A stretch of DNA of 58,733 nucleotides from a virus (Duplodnaviria > Caudoviricetes). The notes beneath the pieces were generated by a model that ran no database searches, had not been told where the DNA came from, and saw only the letters and a list, made by a program, of their open reading frames with translations. Both the position numbers and the translations under genes were made by a program. Shown piece after piece: positions 1-8,469 of the stretch; positions within the stretch are counted from its first letter, which is position 1; each line of letters opens with the position of its first letter. The stretch covers positions 1-58,733 of the IMG/VR virus record IMGVR_UViG_3300028766_000008. One strand, given 5' to 3'.

Positions 1-126
1 GACGAGTTTTATAAAACTGCCAAGGAGAAGGATAAGGATAAGGGCGACTACAGCACAGCCGCATCGTCGGGCTACTACAGCACAGCCGCATCGTCGGGCT
101 ACGGCAGCAAAGCCGCATCGTCGGGC
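1..126. repeat. Terminal direct repeat / circular assembly overlap with 58589..58714
   Basis: 126 nt identical; the copies then differ (gactac vs tacggc) inside the 27-nt repeat array. Confidence 0.9.
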
Positions 127-747
127 GACTACAGCAAAGCCGCATCGTCGGGCAAGTACAGCAAAGCAGAAAGCTCTGGGGAGCATAGCGGATGCACAAG
201 CATTGGCTACCGTGCAGCCGTCAAAGGTGATCTTGGCAACCTGCTAATGGCTTCCGAATATACCAAAGACGGCGTGCCAGTTGGCGGAAACGCCGATTTA
301 GTTGACGGCAAGAACCTTAAAGCCGGAAGCTGGTATATCGTTGAAAAAGGCGCATGGGTTGAGGTTGATTTTACAGATCGGGTATTTTCTTACGTCCTCT
401 CCAACAAGAAGGGCGTGAAGAAGGTCAAAACGGAACAAGGAAAAGTTCTGTACGTCGTAAGCGACGATAAGGGCAATTCCGCGCACGGAGAGACAATTGC
501 CAAAGCGCGTGAGGATTTGATTTACAAGGACATTGCAAAATTCGATGGAGAATTGCCCAAGAAAGCCACAGGCAAAGAATGGGTTGGCATTTATCGTGCT
601 GTTACAGGCACTTGTGCTGCCGGAGTCAAAAACTTTGTCGAACAAACCGGCAAGAGCCTTGACGATACATACACCGCAAAAGAAATTGCCAAGCTGGTGC
701 ACGGTAATTTTGGTGCAGAACAATTTGCTAAAAAGTTAAACAAATGA
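1..747 (+). CDS. C-terminal part of 9-aa-repeat (S[T/K]AASSGxx) protein; continues from 58511 across the circular join
   Basis: Frame is open from base 1 (DEFYKTAKEKDKDKGDYSTAASSG...) into the 247..747 ORF; position 1 corresponds to 58589, in frame with ATG 58511; paralogue of 57348..58274 with an extra C-terminal domain (AHGET...YRAVTGTC). Confidence 0.85.
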   Translation, partial: DEFYKTAKEKDKDKGDYSTAASSGYYSTAASSGYGSKAASSGDYSKAASSGKYSKAESSGEHSGCTSIGYRAAVKGDLGNLLMASEYTKDGVPVGGNADLVDGKNLKAGSWYIVEKGAWVEVDFTDRVFSYVLSNKKGVKKVKTEQGKVLYVVSDDKGNSAHGETIAKAREDLIYKDIAKFDGELPKKATGKEWVGIYRAVTGTCAAGVKNFVEQTGKSLDDTYTAKEIAKLVHGNFGAEQFAKKLNK

Positions 748-864
748 TAAGATGGTTATGTAAAAAACATCATTGCGAGCATCATAGAATAGAAAGATTA
801 AAAAAGCTTACGAAGTTGTCCAATAAAGCATAATAGAACAAAGAATTCCTCATGGCTGGGGAAT

Positions 865-892
865 AGCCGGAGAGGGTAAAATCTCTCCGGCT
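865..892. terminator. Hairpin, probable intrinsic terminator
   Basis: agccggagag-ggtaaaat-ctctccggct, perfect 10-bp stem near the convergence of plus- and minus-strand operons; weak U-tract. Confidence 0.55.
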
Positions 893-922
893 TCTAGCTT
901 AACCTTTAACCCCCACACCCGT

Positions 923-1081
923 ATGCCCACCCTCACCGAATTATCATTCCTCGCAATTGGCGCTATCCTAGGTGCTTGGTGGAGGGGAAAACGCATCATC
1001 AAGCATGACGCGGAAATTCAAACCGGTATTCACACGCTGGTTAGGTCATTGGCGGATGCGAAGGATCAGACGGTTTTATAG
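923..1081 (+). CDS. Small membrane-anchored protein (52 aa, not in ORF track)
   Basis: MPTLTELSFLAIGAILGAWWRGKR...; hydrophobic N-terminus; preceded by TAACCCC motif. Confidence 0.4.
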   Translation: MPTLTELSFLAIGAILGAWWRGKRIIKHDAEIQTGIHTLVRSLADAKDQTVL

Positions 1082-1476
1082 AATGAGTGCGCTCCGATTA
1101 CCGCGCACGGCGTTAAATTACGGTTCCATGCCGTCACAAGGCCCGTTACACAGTAGGAATCCGCGCCGCCAGTGGGATCAATCAATTTACCGGAAATCGC
1201 ATCAGCGGCTATTTGTGAGCATCCTTGAAACACTGGATCGGCAACATCCACATTCATGATAATGGCGCGATTTGGATCATTGGCGTTCCATGTGCTAAAT
1301 TGCTCATACTTTAGACAAACATCACGAGGATTGTCTCCCCACCATCTCGGACTATTGGCCCGGTTCATAATCACGGATGCAACGCCGACTTGGCCGAGGC
1401 GGGGTTGGTTGCGACTTTCCCCATACACGGTTCTGGCGACTATCCCAGCATCCGAAAACTGGTCAGTGTCGCTCAT
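1066..1476 (-). CDS. Endolysin, cell wall hydrolase (SleB/Hydrolase_2-like)
   Basis: ARTVYGESR...VASVIMNR...QFSTWN...IGAHSFY motifs; end of late operon. Confidence 0.85.
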   Translation of the reverse strand: MSDTDQFSDAGIVARTVYGESRNQPRLGQVGVASVIMNRANSPRWWGDNPRDVCLKYEQFSTWNANDPNRAIIMNVDVADPVFQGCSQIAADAISGKLIDPTGGADSYCVTGLVTAWNRNLTPCAVIGAHSFYKTV

Positions 1477-1709
1477 CTCGTAAGATCCTGGGCTTGGCCG
1501 AATGACTCTATAACGCCCCTCAGATCATTTGAATTAAGGTGAATTATCATTTTAAGAAATAAAACAAATATAACCGCGAGAATGGCCTTGAATGTCCATC
1601 GGCCAAATGTTGCAAACTTTTCGTCTAACCATGCTTTGGTTATCATGTCGAAAAGCCGTTTTTGCTCATCAATACGGCGTTGTTCTCTGTCTTGCATATT
1701 AGACACCAC
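1473..1709 (-). CDS. Single-TM membrane protein, possible holin
   Basis: One hydrophobic stretch (AILAVIFVLFLKMII); next to endolysin. Confidence 0.45.
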   Translation of the reverse strand: MVSNMQDREQRRIDEQKRLFDMITKAWLDEKFATFGRWTFKAILAVIFVLFLKMIIHLNSNDLRGVIESFGQAQDLTR

Positions 1710-1905
1710 AAGCCCTAATCTCTGCCCGTAGCTTGGCGTAGTCCTCCATTGCAGGGATTAACAGAGATCCAGGCGGGAGCATGTCGATTTCAGCTGCCAT
1801 AGTATCTTGCTGGTCGTTTGTCCAAGGGCGCAATGGCGGGCAAGCGTTCGATACACTGCTAGAAGCGCATCCAGTGAGCAGAATTAGGGCAAGAAGAGCT
1901 TTCAT
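1699..1905 (-). CDS. Lipoprotein, o-spanin (Rz1-like) candidate
   Basis: MKALLALILLTG-C lipobox, Pro-containing mature part, lysis cassette. Confidence 0.6.
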   Translation of the reverse strand: MKALLALILLTGCASSSVSNACPPLRPWTNDQQDTMAAEIDMLPPGSLLIPAMEDYAKLRAEIRACGV

Positions 1906-2105
1906 AATTTCCCCTTGCGTAAGAGTGCTTCCATCGCCGTTTCGTCTGTAGGAGCTGTTTCTGCGGCCTTGGCCTCTGCCATAATCGCGTTAACATTTGC
2001 CTGTAGATCGTCGGCGCGTTGGGAGTCTGCCGTTTTGGCAGGAAAAAGCCGCCCCCAGAATGTGCTGAAGGCGGCTTTAATCACTGAGGCGATAAAGCCC
2101 CACAT
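1902..2105 (-). CDS. Small protein, i-spanin-like candidate
   Basis: Hydrophobic N-terminus, helical C-terminus, ATGA overlap with lipoprotein gene. Confidence 0.4.
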   Translation of the reverse strand: MWGFIASVIKAAFSTFWGRLFPAKTADSQRADDLQANVNAIMAEAKAAETAPTDETAMEALLRKGKL

Positions 2106-2107
2106 GC

Positions 2108-2521
2108 TTAGGCTGCAGGTGCTGGATCGACAGGAGCAGCTTCGGCGGGTGCAGCAGCAACAGGCGTAGCAGCCACCGGAACGGCAGTCACAGCCTGATT
2201 ATGCACGGCTGCAACAAACGTGCTGAGCGTAGTAGCCGCAACAGTCTTGCCAGCCGTTACAAAAGCCTGTTCGGCAAGAGAGATGCCTTCGGAGATAATG
2301 GCAGAAGTTGGATTGCCAGCAGCAACGCCAGCAAGGATCGAAGTGCCGACATTTTCAACAATACTGAGTAAATCGCCAGGAGCGATTGTCTTTAGTTCAG
2401 CCCAAGCCGCTGTAGCAGCCGTATCAATGGCCGAACCTACGGTTGAGCCCTGCCAGCCAGCAGCGATGTCATGAAATACCGCGCTAAAGTTACCTGCTTC
2501 TAGATCCTGCAAAACGCCCAT
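2108..2521 (-). CDS. Ala-rich hypothetical protein of lysis cassette
   Basis: SD ggag upstream; 137 aa ORF collinear with operon. Confidence 0.6.
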   Translation of the reverse strand: MGVLQDLEAGNFSAVFHDIAAGWQGSTVGSAIDTAATAAWAELKTIAPGDLLSIVENVGTSILAGVAAGNPTSAIISEGISLAEQAFVTAGKTVAATTLSTFVAAVHNQAVTAVPVAATPVAAAPAEAAPVDPAPAA

Positions 2522-2641
2522 TTTACTCTCCCTGTTTGATTAGGTATTGACACTTAACATATTTAGGTAGTTATCGCAACGACAAGAATACCATCCCTAG
2601 CACCATTATGACCATTATCGCCGCTATGATGTATTTTTCCA

Positions 2642-2836
2642 TCATTTAGGTTCGATCCCCGCCTGTTTGAGGATCTTCTTCCGCATGTTCCGATCTCGTA
2701 ACGCATACGGAACGGTTATCTTGAGACCTTCCTTGCAAAACTGGTGATGATCGCCTTTACCTTTGCCCTTAATATGCTCAAAACCGTTTCCCAACAGTTT
2801 CAAGCGTACATCGTGGAAAAGCTCGTGGTTGCTCAT
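2642..2836 (-). CDS. hicA: HicA-family mRNA interferase-like protein
   Basis: L..NGF....GKGDH......ITVP.......KKILKQAGI pattern, 64 aa. Confidence 0.75.
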   Translation of the reverse strand: MSNHELFHDVRLKLLGNGFEHIKGKGKGDHHQFCKEGLKITVPYALRDRNMRKKILKQAGIEPK

Positions 2837-3090
2837 TTCGGATCCATTCCCAAAATCGCATTCACTGGAATCAATCGCCTGTTACGTTCCGCCTCGTCCA
2901 TTGGCGGTTCTAAGAAAAACTCCACGCCTACCAGCGTGCGCCTTAGAAAATCCCGCGTGTCGGATAGCCTAACATCACCAAATGCCGCCCGTGATGCCGA
3001 CTGATAAATCCACCGCAGCGCATCCTCACGATCCGCTATCGAGTTCGTAAACCTATCAGCATCAAAGATTTGGGCGGCGAAGTGGGGCAT
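2833..3090 (-). CDS. Hypothetical protein coupled to hicA
   Basis: Start overlaps upstream stop; ATGA overlap with hicA. Confidence 0.55.
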   Translation of the reverse strand: MPHFAAQIFDADRFTNSIADREDALRWIYQSASRAAFGDVRLSDTRDFLRRTLVGVEFFLEPPMDEAERNRRLIPVNAILGMDPK

Positions 3091-3386
3091 TAGAGAGAAA
3101 CGGCCCCCACAATACCTGTCGCGTTAAGAGCGGCAACCCACGCGACCTTTTGAGTACGCGCAATCGGCAATACAGCAACTTTTGCAGTGGTGTCTGTATA
3201 AGGAACGGCGGCAACTGCTGGTGTTATTACCGTTACACCGTCAGTGTCGTAAACAGCAGGGGTTCCGACAGGAGCTGGCAAATTGACCACTGTATTGCCC
3301 AAAATTCCTGCGCCATTGTCGAAAGTAAAAGCAAACGTATATGAACCGTCTTCATTAGCGGTTACTGAATTGATCGTATCGGCCAT
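3090..3386 (-). CDS. Hypothetical virion-associated protein
   Basis: T/A/V-rich, follows fibre-like gene. Confidence 0.55.
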   Translation of the reverse strand: MADTINSVTANEDGSYTFAFTFDNGAGILGNTVVNLPAPVGTPAVYDTDGVTVITPAVAAVPYTDTTAKVAVLPIARTQKVAWVAALNATGIVGAVSL

Positions 3387-3389
3387 GTT

Positions 3390-4703
3390 TTATACTCCGT
3401 CACAGTCATAATCTATTTTACCCGCAAGAGCCGTCCCCGTGACGGTCAAAACGGTAGTTGTGTAGCTATAGGCAAAGGCTGCATTAACAGATTGGCTCGT
3501 TACGCGGCAATGGTTCCATGTGCTGTAGCCCGTACCTGCGAAGGTGATTGTGCAGGAGGCGGGAGTTCCGGCTGTAATGCTTACAGTGCCGGATTTGTTA
3601 TTTGCGCGTGCATCGATTGTGTTTGTTCCGCAAGCCGAAACCACAGGAGCGGCGAGGCTGTTGCTGTTAGCGAATATCATGCCGCCGATGTTGATTTCAT
3701 TGGATGTGGAAGAGGCTACAGTATCCACCGCAGTACTCGTGCCGATCAGGATATTCGAATTACCCGTCGTAAGCGTCGTATTAGCAACATTATAACCAAT
3801 AAGTGTGTTGTTCGTTCCATTAGTGACAGTGCCGCCAGTAAAGGCACCAAACGCCGTATTACGGGCGCCAGTAGCAACTACAAGCGCCTGCGAACCGACG
3901 GCCGTCTCCCCGCTTGAAGAAGAATTAGTATACAAAGCCTGGAAACCAAATGCTGTATTATCCCCTCCGATATTGTCATTGGTGAGCGCGGAGTTACCGA
4001 GCGCGGAATTTCTCCGTCCCGTAGTTATAGAGTTTCCGGCTTGGTATCCCACGGCGGTATCAGCCAACGCCGCAGTGGTCATAGTACCGTTCAAGGCCTG
4101 ATAACCTATAGCTGTATTTCCGTAAGCTGCGCTGGATGTCTGCCCTGATAGAGCATTAACGCCAATCGCAATCGATCCACCAGTTGTTGAATCCGTGGTT
4201 GGGAATCTGATGGCATTGTTGCCATTAAACAGAATGCCGCCGGTCGTCAGATTGAGATTACCTGTACCCTGCGGGGTCAGGTTCAACGTAATATTCGTAT
4301 CCGTACCCGCTGCAGCGATGATCGGATTTGCTCCAGTTGCAGCACCAGCGAAAGTTGGATAGTTCACAACCGTGCCAGAACCTTGCAAGAATCTTCCGGC
4401 CTCTTTACCTCCAGCGGCAACAGATAAGGTCGATGATGTTGCGGATTGAAACAGACCTGATGCCGTATCCGTCGATACTGCCCAGCCCGGTGCGCTGACA
4501 GTGCCCTTGTTGAACGTTCCGCCGCCACCAGCAGAACAAGTATTAGTAGATGGTACCCAGACATAACCAGCAGTTGAGCAACCAGTTTGTGTTTGTATAG
4601 CTGCCGCAATCGACGCAGCAGTAGTCGGAACGGTTGTAACGGCTTTTAGACCAGCATATGCAGGGCAACTTATAAGCAGCAAGAATATTAGAAGATATTT
4701 CAT
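3390..4703 (-). CDS. Fibre/adhesin-like beta-repeat protein with signal-peptide-like N-terminus
   Basis: Likely start MKYLLIFLLLISCPAYA at 4703; NTAxGxxAL repeats resembling YadA-head/tail-fibre beta-rolls. Confidence 0.7.
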   Translation of the reverse strand: MKYLLIFLLLISCPAYAGLKAVTTVPTTAASIAAAIQTQTGCSTAGYVWVPSTNTCSAGGGGTFNKGTVSAPGWAVSTDTASGLFQSATSSTLSVAAGGKEAGRFLQGSGTVVNYPTFAGAATGANPIIAAAGTDTNITLNLTPQGTGNLNLTTGGILFNGNNAIRFPTTDSTTGGSIAIGVNALSGQTSSAAYGNTAIGYQALNGTMTTAALADTAVGYQAGNSITTGRRNSALGNSALTNDNIGGDNTAFGFQALYTNSSSSGETAVGSQALVVATGARNTAFGAFTGGTVTNGTNNTLIGYNVANTTLTTGNSNILIGTSTAVDTVASSTSNEINIGGMIFANSNSLAAPVVSACGTNTIDARANNKSGTVSITAGTPASCTITFAGTGYSTWNHCRVTSQSVNAAFAYSYTTTVLTVTGTALAGKIDYDCDGV

Positions 4704-4704
4704 A

Positions 4705-5046
4705 TTACGAGCCAGTTCCCAAATGAAGTATAAGACTACCCGTTCCGCTATCAGCAAGAGATGAATAATAATTATTCCCGTTACGGCCAACAATCATAAC
4801 AGCCCCCGCAGGGATGTATATTTGCGCCGTTCCAGGAGCAGTAGCCGTGTTAACAGCAACAACAGAAGCCCCACCCAAAGCCAATTGAACACCGACAGAC
4901 CCGTTATTGACCACCATAACGTCAGGCCAATTCGCATTGCCAGCAGCAGTAGGTGTGAGCAAAGAGGCAGCAGTCGCTGAAGTTCCTATGCTCGTGTTGC
5001 TGACTTGATTCCCGACAGTAAAGTTCTGAACGAACATTGCTGGCAT
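4705..5046 (-). CDS. Hypothetical virion protein
   Basis: Beta-rich composition, tail region. Confidence 0.55.
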   Translation of the reverse strand: MPAMFVQNFTVGNQVSNTSIGTSATAASLLTPTAAGNANWPDVMVVNNGSVGVQLALGGASVVAVNTATAPGTAQIYIPAGAVMIVGRNGNNYYSSLADSGTGSLILHLGTGS

Positions 5047-5050
5047 AGAA

Positions 5051-5590
5051 TTATCCCTTCAAAGCAGCAGCAAATTCATCCATCTTATTCTTCAACTTAG
5101 CACTCGCAGCGGCAGCGTATTGTTCATGGGCAATCGCGCGAGCCTCTGCTTCCAAGGCATTATTCTTTATTTCTTCGATTTCAGCCTTCTTCGCTGCAAC
5201 GAGCCGGTCAAACATGGATCGATCATCTTGCAGAGACGCAACATTAGATTGGTGGGTGTTTACGGAACTAGATAAATCGGACACACGAGCATTGTGTTCA
5301 TTCTGCGCGTTTTCCAAAGCAGCCTCTCTTTCAAGAAGCGATTTTTCTTTCGCGTCAAGCTCCTGTTGTTTGGTATCAGCGACATCCTCGGCCCCCTTAG
5401 CGTTCTTTTCACGCAACTCAGCCGCCATAATCCGTGCTTCGGCGCTTTCTTTAGCGGACAAATTCTTTTCCAGAGCGTCTTTATGTTCGGCAATCTTGTC
5501 CTGCAATGCAACGATGTTCGCTTTCACCTTGTCTGGGTCAGATACAAGCTGTAAGATAGCGGTTAACATATCATTGGTTGTGATGCTCAT
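5051..5590 (-). CDS. Coiled-coil protein
   Basis: A/E/K/L heptad-like composition. Confidence 0.6.
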   Translation of the reverse strand: MSITTNDMLTAILQLVSDPDKVKANIVALQDKIAEHKDALEKNLSAKESAEARIMAAELREKNAKGAEDVADTKQQELDAKEKSLLEREAALENAQNEHNARVSDLSSSVNTHQSNVASLQDDRSMFDRLVAAKKAEIEEIKNNALEAEARAIAHEQYAAAASAKLKNKMDEFAAALKG

Positions 5591-5769
5591 TCTATCCCCG
5601 CTACAAACAAAGAGTTTATTTCACGTTTGAAAACAGACTTCTTGAAGCCACTGTTTTCGTCAATAGTGATAAGCTCCCAACCTTCGGCTCCGAGCTTATT
5701 ATAACGATCTTCCATTTCCTTCTCATCCAAAGGAGGGAATGCCGTTATGCGATATTCAAATTTTGCCAT
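5587..5769 (-). CDS. Small DUF4177-like protein
   Basis: FEY...NKLGAEGWELI...VFKRE pattern. Confidence 0.6.
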   Translation of the reverse strand: MAKFEYRITAFPPLDEKEMEDRYNKLGAEGWELITIDENSGFKKSVFKREINSLFVAGIE

Positions 5770-5780
5770 ACTAAACCCCG

Positions 5781-6302
5781 TTAATCCGGCGATACGCCGA
5801 GTGAGAATGAAAAGTCAGTTGTTGATGCTGGCGTGACTCCACCAACACCTACTACTATGCAAACATAAGCCTTGTTAGTTTGTATGGTGTCTGTGTTGTT
5901 AAAGCTAAGCCCCAAATTCATTGCCGTTGTGCCAGCAGTAGGTGTTGATCCTTGTGGCGCAGCTAAAGTAACGGATGATGTGTAAACAAGCTTAGCCACA
6001 TCAGCCGCATTTAGGGCAAAGGCACTCGTGTCCGTGCATGTAGAGGCGGTTGGGTTCGCACTAAAAACATAAATCGTAACCGCAGGCGTAACACCACTAG
6101 ATGAACGAACGGAAGCCCATTGCAGCCGAGCGCCACTAAGCCCAGAACGGAACACGGGGACGGTGTATAGCCCGCCTAAAGATTTACTGGCAATATAGGC
6201 ACCTGCCGTGACTGTCATGGGAACAGCAATAGAAGAATCATAGAGTTGGTCGGCCATTGCTGGCGAGGCCAAAAACAAAAGAAGTGAGAGAAGTTTTTTC
6301 AT
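5781..6302 (-). CDS. Beta-rich protein with signal-peptide-like N-terminus
   Basis: Likely start MKKLLSLLLFLASPAMA-DQ at 6302, right after upstream stop. Confidence 0.6.
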   Translation of the reverse strand: MKKLLSLLLFLASPAMADQLYDSSIAVPMTVTAGAYIASKSLGGLYTVPVFRSGLSGARLQWASVRSSSGVTPAVTIYVFSANPTASTCTDTSAFALNAADVAKLVYTSSVTLAAPQGSTPTAGTTAMNLGLSFNNTDTIQTNKAYVCIVVGVGGVTPASTTDFSFSLGVSPD

Positions 6303-6303
6303 G

Positions 6304-6639
6304 TTAAATTCCTGTTGGTATAGGAGGTTCAGTTGGCAAAACAGTTGATGTCGTATCTGCGCCCGTAACAATGGCGCGTAAGGCATTGCGGTATGTTTGG
6401 TTAGCCGAAGGAACGGCAACTCCCGCGCTATAGCAACGGATAACGGTTATGTCTGATTTGGTGAGGGCGGCTTGCGCCTCTGATGGCAGCATATTAGGTG
6501 GTGCATATGGCGTTGGTGTATTTCCTGCCGCTACCCATGCCAGGTAGACTTGATAGTCACTATTGCGCACGTCGGCAGGAATATACGCTTGGTCAGCGTC
6601 ACGAATGATAGTTGTTGTGGCGGTGAGAGTATATGCCAT
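6304..6639 (-). CDS. Tail fibre assembly/chaperone-like protein
   Basis: IPADVRNSDYQVYLAWVAAGNTP and YRNALRAI motifs typical of genes downstream of fibres. Confidence 0.65.
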   Translation of the reverse strand: MAYTLTATTTIIRDADQAYIPADVRNSDYQVYLAWVAAGNTPTPYAPPNMLPSEAQAALTKSDITVIRCYSAGVAVPSANQTYRNALRAIVTGADTTSTVLPTEPPIPTGI

Positions 6640-6641
6640 GC

Positions 6642-8264
6642 TTATAGCTCCGCACTTGCTGTTGAACCTGTACCGATCACCGCTTCAGCAGTGGACGTTA
6701 TGCCCACAACTGCCGAATCAGTGCTGAGCGCAGATTGACTTCCATTAATACCAGAATATGACATCGTAGGTGTCACACGTTTGGAAGTTTTGAAGGACCA
6801 TATGACTCGTGAAGAACCCGATGCCGCAAAAGTACCATTGAGATTATTATTCAAAAGTTCAAAATACCTTTGGCATAATACCAGCTCTAACCCATCCGAT
6901 CTTCGTTCAAATGGCGTCGCCTGTGTCCCGTTTTCGAGTTGCCATTCGCCGATTGTCCATGTGCCGGAAGTTTGCGAGCCCACTGAAAGTTCAATCTCAA
7001 GCCCAGCCGTTATGTTTGCACCCAAGGCAATTTGTGCCGAATATATTGCGGCAGTTGACGAAACGGTGAAAGTTCCTGTTGCAATAGACGTTCTCGATGT
7101 CCATGTGTCAGACGAACCAGGATAATAAGCCGTCCATGTTACTGTTGTCAGCAAACTGTTTGCCAATTGGACGGAGAATGTCGCTGTCGTTGAAGCTAGG
7201 TCATAGACATTCGTCGATTCATATCTTTGTCCGAACGCAATTCCCGTGACCGAGGCCGCGCCCGTAAATTTATAAACGTACTGGTTGGGAGCCGACCCCG
7301 CAACGCGCTGCCCCGTGACATTAGCGCCCGTACAAGCGGCATAAAATCGGTCAACAGTATATGCGTTTGATGTCCCAGAAGTTCCAGCGGTAATCGTCTG
7401 GCTCGCGCCTGAATTTCTTTGATCGATACGAAAATCACCATTTATCGTACGATTGCGAAGACCGGCGAGTTGACCGCCATTGACGGATGTGGTCTGGACT
7501 GTTCCACCCGTCACGTTGCCCGTCACGTTGCCCGTCACGTTGCCCGTCACGTTGCCCGTCACGTTGCCCGTCACGTTGCCCGTCACGTTGCCAGTAATAG
7601 TCCCAGATGCGTTAATGGCGGCTGTAGTCGTTGTTCCCGTTACCGCCAAATTCCCGCTAATCGTTCCACCCGCCAATGGCAAATATGTTCCAGAAGCGTT
7701 GATAGTTTGAATATTAAGAGCAAGCGACCAATCCCCGGACGCTAAATCCGTTGCCCATGTTCCAGACGTATTTGCAATAGCGCAGACATACAGGTTGTTC
7801 GTATATGCGCCGTTCACGCCGTCCTGAACGATGTCGCCAAAATTGTAAATGACGTTGGTAGCCCACACGCCACGGTAGGAGCCACCGCGAGCGGATACTT
7901 GCTGGATTTCCATGCAAAGAGTATCAAGGGCTTGTTCTGTAACTTGTGGCGCAAAATCGCCTTGATTCTGGATGCTGATAAGTTGCTGTAAAGGAAGCGT
8001 GCGCGTAATCGTACAAGTATAACCAACGCCAGGGGCACTATTTAAAGTTACATATCCCCCCACACCCCAAAGCTGACCAGTCGTGGCTGAATTAAGCGTT
8101 ACTGTATATTGCGATGCTGTTAGAGTGGTGGATGCGCCAGTGCTTGTATTTGTGGTCTGAACAGTAATGTCAGATGCAGCATCGGCGATAAATGAAAATG
8201 GAACGACAGTTTGAGCCGCTATCAAAACAACGGCGGTGGATGAAGCGGTTGTGCTGATTGTCAA
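6642..8264 (-). CDS. Tail fibre protein
   Basis: T7-gp17-like N-terminal adaptor (PFSF...ITRTLP...EQALD), GNVT repeats, RNRTINGDFRIDQR...QLENGTQATPFERR...LCQRYF module; SD gggag before TTG. Confidence 0.85.
   Translation of the reverse strand: MTISTTASSTAVVLIAAQTVVPFSFIADAASDITVQTTNTSTGASTTLTASQYTVTLNSATTGQLWGVGGYVTLNSAPGVGYTCTITRTLPLQQLISIQNQGDFAPQVTEQALDTLCMEIQQVSARGGSYRGVWATNVIYNFGDIVQDGVNGAYTNNLYVCAIANTSGTWATDLASGDWSLALNIQTINASGTYLPLAGGTISGNLAVTGTTTTAAINASGTITGNVTGNVTGNVTGNVTGNVTGNVTGNVTGGTVQTTSVNGGQLAGLRNRTINGDFRIDQRNSGASQTITAGTSGTSNAYTVDRFYAACTGANVTGQRVAGSAPNQYVYKFTGAASVTGIAFGQRYESTNVYDLASTTATFSVQLANSLLTTVTWTAYYPGSSDTWTSRTSIATGTFTVSSTAAIYSAQIALGANITAGLEIELSVGSQTSGTWTIGEWQLENGTQATPFERRSDGLELVLCQRYFELLNNNLNGTFAASGSSRVIWSFKTSKRVTPTMSYSGINGSQSALSTDSAVVGITSTAEAVIGTGSTASAEL
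7507..7590. repeat. Perfect 12-nt tandem repeat x7 (cccgtcacgttg) encoding (NVTG)7
   Basis: Counted in sequence. Confidence 0.95.
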
Positions 8265-8469
8265 TATAGTCTCCCTGTCTGCATCACGCAGATAGTCTGA
8301 GCAGTATTATAGGTGATATTTGTTTAAAAAGCTATCCATATATTATAACGGACGATTGTTCTGTAGCAATTGTCAAGGGTCACCGGCATAAAACAATTTT
8401 GACGGCATAGTATCATTTAACTATGTGTTATTCCACAGTATTATACTGTCGCTGGGTGTGTTTGGGTGT

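Noticed and set aside
7419-7745. HVAR and VTLP repeat ORFs on the plus strand
   Set aside because: Antisense shadows of the tail fibre repeat
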